From Candidatus Levyibacteriota bacterium (GTDB lineage: Bacteria > Patescibacteriota > Microgenomatia > Levybacterales > UBA12049): 64,000 nt of DNA. A program made the translations under genes and the position numbers. The notes under the pieces were generated by a model, which had not been told where the DNA came from, did no database searches, and saw only the letters and a list, made by a program, of their open reading frames with translations. The stretch is taken from positions 89,221 through 153,220 of the forward strand of contig JAJDCG010000001.1 in the NCBI GenBank assembly GCA_029260965.1, given 5' to 3'. This document shows positions 59,691-64,000 of the stretch, piece by piece (the stretch's first letter is position 1; each line of letters opens with the position of its first letter).

Positions 59691-60257
59691 ATGCTTGAAA
59701 TGTTTAGATTAAGATCTATGCTAAAAAAAGTCTTACTAATGATATTGATTTTTGCTTTATTGATAAGTGGATATTTTTTGTTTAATCAGAAAGTTAAAAA
59801 TAGAAAAGAGGTTGTTCCAACCAGATCTTCAAAAAACACAATAAAGGTAAGTTCAACTCCAACTGAAGCTGATTATGTTGCTGGGTTTTTGATATACACT
59901 AATGGCACAAGAAGAATCTTTACTGCCTCAATGTACCATGATCTCTCAGAAGACATATATATTGATTCAAGAAATCCAAATGTTGTTAATGTTAAAAAAC
60001 CAAATCAGACATGGAATGATTTTTTTAAGACACTTCCATTTAGCTTAACTAAAGATTGCCTAATAACGGGGACAGGGCAAACTTTTTGTACTGGACAAAA
60101 TGGTGATTTGAAATTTTATATCAATGGGAAAAACGATCCTGATGTATTGAATAAAATTATTGAAGAAAATGACAGGTTGTTGGTAAGCTTTGGTAGTGAA
60201 AGTAAGCAAGGAATTGAGGATCAGATTCAAGAGCTAGAAGCAGTATCTCTAAATTGA
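59691..60257 (+). CDS. Membrane-anchored hypothetical protein (start uncertain)
   Basis: TM helix; TWNDFF..L....DCL.....FC....LKFYING, resembling the domain of 25429-26148. Confidence 0.65.
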   Translation: MLEMFRLRSMLKKVLLMILIFALLISGYFLFNQKVKNRKEVVPTRSSKNTIKVSSTPTEADYVAGFLIYTNGTRRIFTASMYHDLSEDIYIDSRNPNVVNVKKPNQTWNDFFKTLPFSLTKDCLITGTGQTFCTGQNGDLKFYINGKNDPDVLNKIIEENDRLLVSFGSESKQGIEDQIQELEAVSLN

Positions 60258-60258
60258 T

Positions 60259-60543
60259 TTATTTATTACCTTTTAAGTTTTTTTCTTCATCTGGCTCTAG
60301 GTAGTCATCGTCAACATAGCACCAGATAAAAGATGATTCATTTGCTGGATATGAAGCCATCACTTCATGTTTTGTTTGTTCTGCATGAATTCTCGCATGC
60401 TGACTACAAGAGTCACAACACCCAACATAACCGCATGTCACGCAGACTCTTTGTCCCAGGTTACAATTGTGATTTTCTTCACATTTTTCAGCTTTTGGAC
60501 CAACGAAATTTTTAGGTAAATGTTTGCAATCTTTTATTTTCAT
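60259..60543 (-). CDS. UBP-type zinc finger protein
   Basis: C.H, CVTCGYVGCCDS...HA..H, WCYVDD motifs. Confidence 0.88.
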   Translation of the reverse strand: MKIKDCKHLPKNFVGPKAEKCEENHNCNLGQRVCVTCGYVGCCDSCSQHARIHAEQTKHEVMASYPANESSFIWCYVDDDYLEPDEEKNLKGNK

Positions 60544-60755
60544 ATTTTATTTTTTTCTTTTTGTTTTGGCGGACATAAACTATCTGCATATGAACAAAAC
60601 ACACAACAATCTTTTGTTTTAGGTTTTAACATAGTATCACAATTTTTACATTTATAAAAATGTTGACAAGCATTAGTCGGCATTTCAACCTTCTGCACAT
60701 AATTACACGCGGGGCAAGTTAGTTGGGCGTTAGTCTTGAAAAAAGATTCTCTCAT
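60540..60755 (-). CDS. GDCCVxC domain protein
   Basis: CPAC, MPTNAC..FY.C..C, DCCVFCSY...CPP motifs. Confidence 0.9.
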   Translation of the reverse strand: MRESFFKTNAQLTCPACNYVQKVEMPTNACQHFYKCKNCDTMLKPKTKDCCVFCSYADSLCPPKQKEKNKI

Positions 60756-60763
60756 AGATAAAT

Positions 60764-61213
60764 TTAGATATTTTTAATAAGCTCTTCAAAATCGCCCCCA
60801 ATCCATCTTTTAATTTCTTCTCCATTTTTATCCAACATTACTAAAGTGTGTTGGATTGTGACAAAGTATTTTTTATTCAGAGCTTTATTATTATCATAGT
60901 CAGTCTTTAGAATGGTTATATTTTTTGGTAGATGCATACTTTTTTCTTTTATTTCCTTGTCAAGGTTTGAGCAGGTATTGCACCAGGTGGTTGCTGCGAA
61001 AAACAGAATGGTTTTTCCGTGGGATTTTGACATCTCAAGTGATTTATCAGAATACCTGTAATAATTAGTGGAGAGTTCTTTTATTTCAGATGCAGAGATA
61101 GGTGTAGGATTTTTAATCAGCTTTTTTGGATAAGAAAAAGCTCCCATCAGCAGAAGTATTACTACAAAAATAGACAAAATTTTTAAGTGACCTTTTTTAA
61201 TTCGTATTTTCAT
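60764..61213 (-). CDS. Membrane-anchored thioredoxin-like protein
   Basis: TM helix, WCNTC, QHT motif. Confidence 0.85.
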   Translation of the reverse strand: MKIRIKKGHLKILSIFVVILLLMGAFSYPKKLIKNPTPISASEIKELSTNYYRYSDKSLEMSKSHGKTILFFAATTWCNTCSNLDKEIKEKSMHLPKNITILKTDYDNNKALNKKYFVTIQHTLVMLDKNGEEIKRWIGGDFEELIKNI

Positions 61214-62261
61214 AAATAAGTGTATCTGGATTGAATGTGGCCCATGCAAACCAAAACAGTCTGATTGGGATAATATCCTCACCAGTATTTAGATTTGTAA
61301 CTATTATTTTACCACTTCTTGTTTTTTCAAGTTTGATATTGGCATTTCCCAATGTATCTGTTATTACAGAATCTTTTTCAAAGATAGTTTCAGGATATGC
61401 TTTTCTAGCATCATTTATACTTACTCCATAAACAACTGTTTTGATTTGTAGCTTTTTATTCAAATTTTTAACTCCAAAATAGAGCTCGTCATCCTGCTCA
61501 TATGTTCCGTATGGATATGCATCATAATTTCTGGAAAATCCAGTTTCACGAGACAAGATAACTCCATTAAGGTTTTCTTTTTTCCATGTCTGCCAATTTG
61601 TAGTTGAAATATGAATTTGCTTGAGAGTTTCATTTCGTCTTGCGGCTGGACCCACTATCCCTTCGCCAGTAATTTGCTGCCAGAGATTCCCTTCGAACCT
61701 ATCATACATAACAAGATCGCTATCGTGTAGTTTGCCAGAAACCCCAAACTCAGTAATAACCTCATTTACTTTTCTCTCAAATGCTAAGGCTGATCCACAA
61801 AGAGGACAAAAAGTGACTGCAATTGGCTCACCTTGGACTTCATCATTTACAATTTCATGCCAGTTCATAATCCGTTGAGGATATGCTCTTTGTTCATTCT
61901 TGTAATCTATCGCAAATACAGTATCTGTATCTTCAAGCCAATTGTCTGCCTCGTTGATAGATTCAAACTTTGGGTCATCAATACTGGGAATGCAGTCCTG
62001 ACCAGTACAGCCCTGGAGAAGATCTTCTTTTTTGACTTTTGCCCCAGTAAAATCATTTTGAAGCTCTATGTCTCTAACAACCGTCTCTCCTGGATTTGTT
62101 GATTGAAATTCTGATGGAGATGATCTTGAAAATATTTGATTAAATAAAATAATCCCTCCTCCAAGCAGGATAAAAGTAGTAATTATAAATTTTTTGGAAA
62201 GGAAGTTTTTTATAATCAAAGTATAATAAACTAAAATAAAAATGTAAAGCCTAGTTGACAA
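61197..62261 (-). CDS. DUF3179 domain protein (start uncertain)
   Basis: DCIPSID.P, WHEIVND, TFCPLCGS, FGVSG.L...LVMYDR, FWFAW motifs. Confidence 0.88.
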   Translation of the reverse strand: MSTRLYIFILVYYTLIIKNFLSKKFIITTFILLGGGIILFNQIFSRSSPSEFQSTNPGETVVRDIELQNDFTGAKVKKEDLLQGCTGQDCIPSIDDPKFESINEADNWLEDTDTVFAIDYKNEQRAYPQRIMNWHEIVNDEVQGEPIAVTFCPLCGSALAFERKVNEVITEFGVSGKLHDSDLVMYDRFEGNLWQQITGEGIVGPAARRNETLKQIHISTTNWQTWKKENLNGVILSRETGFSRNYDAYPYGTYEQDDELYFGVKNLNKKLQIKTVVYGVSINDARKAYPETIFEKDSVITDTLGNANIKLEKTRSGKIIVTNLNTGEDIIPIRLFWFAWATFNPDTLIYENTN

Positions 62262-62312
62262 AAAGAATGAAACAAATTAATATGAACTTAATTATGTTGA
62301 CAAAAATAGTAT

Positions 62313-62519
62313 ATGGAAGAATATATAAATAACACAGTTCCTGTTCTTAGAAAAGAAAAAAATATAACTCAGGAGGAATTTGCTGATGCGGTAGGAGTAT
62401 CGCGCCAAACTGTTATTGCAATAGAGAAAGGAAATTACACGCCATCTCTTTTGTTGGGACTGAAAATTGCAAAATACTTTAAAAAGCCAATTGATGAGAT
62501 ATTTAGTTTGAAATCATGA
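62313..62519 (+). CDS. XRE family HTH regulator
   Basis: TQEEFA..VGVSRQTV.AIEKG.Y.PSL motif. Confidence 0.92.
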   Translation: MEEYINNTVPVLRKEKNITQEEFADAVGVSRQTVIAIEKGNYTPSLLLGLKIAKYFKKPIDEIFSLKS

Positions 62520-62881
62520 AAAATAACTTCACAAGTGAAATAATAATATCCTTACTCCTAGTAAGTTTATTGGTGTTTTTTATAGATCCTTTAGATCTTT
62601 TAATGCCTCAATCTCTTAGTCCTTTTATGGTTCCATTCCTAATAATCCTATTTATATTATTTGCAGGATTCCTGTGGAACGAAAAGCCAGGCGATGAACG
62701 TGAGCAACTGCATAAATATATAGCCTCACGTTTTGCGTATTTTGCAGGAATTGCGGTTTTGATAATAGGAATTATCGCGCAGAGCACAAACCATGAAGTA
62801 GATCCATTTTTGATAATTGCTGTTTCGGTAATGCTTCTTGCCAAAATTTTGGGGAGTGTTTATGGGAAGTTGAAGCGATAA
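62516..62881 (+). CDS. Membrane protein with DERE motif (DUF2178-like)
   Basis: Four TM helices and DERE...H...A; coupled to the XRE gene. Confidence 0.65.
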   Translation: MKNNFTSEIIISLLLVSLLVFFIDPLDLLMPQSLSPFMVPFLIILFILFAGFLWNEKPGDEREQLHKYIASRFAYFAGIAVLIIGIIAQSTNHEVDPFLIIAVSVMLLAKILGSVYGKLKR

Positions 62882-62939
62882 ATCATGCCAGATGTAAACT
62901 TTACTTGACATAGGCTACTTTATCGTTTAACATTAAATT

Positions 62940-63437
62940 ATGAAATCAAAAACCATCATTATTTTAGTTTTGATCATTTTGATTGGTGGTGGGTTTTTCC
63001 TCGTCGGTCAAAAATCTTCTGAGAATAATGCAGTCAATTCACCTCAAGCTGATGTTATGGAAATGAATAAAGATTCGGTCAGTGAAGAAACTGTTCCCGC
63101 AGAGAATCCTGAAGAATCAAGATATATTTTGTATTCAAAAGATGCATATGATCAATCAGTTGAACAAAAAAGAGTATTGTATTTTTACGCGAATTGGTGT
63201 CCAACCTGCAAAGTAGCAAATGCTGAGTTTACGCAAAAGACAGAAGAGATACCAGAAGACATTACTATATTGAGAATAAATTATAACGATTCAGACACAG
63301 ATAATGAAGAGAAAGAGCTTGCAAAAAAATACGGGGTAACCTATCAACATACATTTGTACAAGTTGATAAAGACGGAGAGCAGATCACGACCTGGAATGG
63401 TGGAGGTCTAACAGAGCTCGTCAGTAGAGTAGAATAA
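62940..63437 (+). CDS. Membrane-anchored thioredoxin-like protein
   Basis: FYANWCPTC and YGVTYQHTFV motifs. Confidence 0.88.
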   Translation: MKSKTIIILVLIILIGGGFFLVGQKSSENNAVNSPQADVMEMNKDSVSEETVPAENPEESRYILYSKDAYDQSVEQKRVLYFYANWCPTCKVANAEFTQKTEEIPEDITILRINYNDSDTDNEEKELAKKYGVTYQHTFVQVDKDGEQITTWNGGGLTELVSRVE

Positions 63438-63475
63438 TATTCCTCAAGAGAGCTTGTTGTTTTGTTAAATAGATT

Positions 63476-64000
63476 ATGTTTTTACTTACTTTATTCTCTT
63501 TCTTAGGAGGATTTGTAACAATTCTTTCTCCCTGTATTTTGCCTATTTTACCAATAGTTCTTTCAGGAAGTGTTGGTGGTGGAAAAAGAAAACCTCTTGG
63601 AATTGTGACAGGATTTATTCTGAGCTTCACCTTCTTCACACTTTTTTTGTCCGCAATTGTTAGAGCAACTGGACTTTCAGCTGATGCGCTGCGAACAGTG
63701 TCTGTTGTTATCCTAATATTATTTGGTGTAAGTCTTCTATTGCCACAATTTCAGTTGTTGATGGAGAAGCTTTTTAATAAATTATCAAACAAATTTGCAA
63801 CACCCAAAATAGGTAAGGATGGCTTGTCTACCGATAGGCAGGGTTTTATTGGGGGGACATTAATAGGGTTCAGTATTGGGCTTATTTGGACTCCGTGTGT
63901 AGGGCCAATTCTTGCATCAATTATCACACTTGCCGCGACAAGCACTGTGGGATTTAGTGCAGTTATTATTACTCTTTCCTATGCGCTAGGTACAGCAATA
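63476..64000 (+). CDS. CcdA/DipZ-like cytochrome c biogenesis protein (runs off window)
   Basis: MFLLTLFSFLGG..TILSPCILPILP and GLIWTPCVGPIL read from the sequence; no stop before 64000. Confidence 0.88.
   Translation, partial: MFLLTLFSFLGGFVTILSPCILPILPIVLSGSVGGGKRKPLGIVTGFILSFTFFTLFLSAIVRATGLSADALRTVSVVILILFGVSLLLPQFQLLMEKLFNKLSNKFATPKIGKDGLSTDRQGFIGGTLIGFSIGLIWTPCVGPILASIITLAATSTVGFSAVIITLSYALGTAI

Noticed and set aside
1-64000. CRISPR array, reverse transcriptase/DGR/retron, rRNA, IS transposase
   Set aside because: No regularly spaced repeats, RT motifs, rRNA sequence or transposase ORF recognised

Overview
A 64-kb, AT-rich, gene-dense bacterial chromosome segment read with the standard code (TGA is a stop). 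The gene set (DUF4012, short ValRS, DUF368, many small membrane proteins, few biosynthetic genes) and apparently leaderless promoters suggest a Patescibacteria/CPR genome, probably Microgenomates; this assignment is inference. Core genes are pgk, valS, rplY, ruvCAB, comM/yifB, glmS, dnaG, rpoD, uppP, trpS, msrA and tRNA-Asn. Six accessory features stand out. (1) A self-contained TatA-TatC locus with a tiny twin-arginine-like peptide and a signal-less beta-helix protein; that protein's N-terminal MARLP...WG module is duplicated in an adjacent deleted remnant, suggesting a piggy-back export or adhesin system. (2) A TrpR-like repressor and Trp-Trp attenuator placed ahead of an unknown enzyme, a SET protein and trpS. 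(3) A structured RNA of about 190 nt (6S-like), followed by a stand-alone OspF/LanKC-like lyase domain. (4) A tRNA-Asn hotspot with a palindrome-disrupted pseudo-tRNA, a TOPRIM-like gene pair and orphan recombinase C-terminal tails. (5) A repeat-flanked four-helix-bundle gene plus dispersed heptamer and palindromic repeats, some inside coding regions. (6) A Doc toxin with His-to-Tyr in its Fic motif. All protein assignments come from motif recognition, not database searches.
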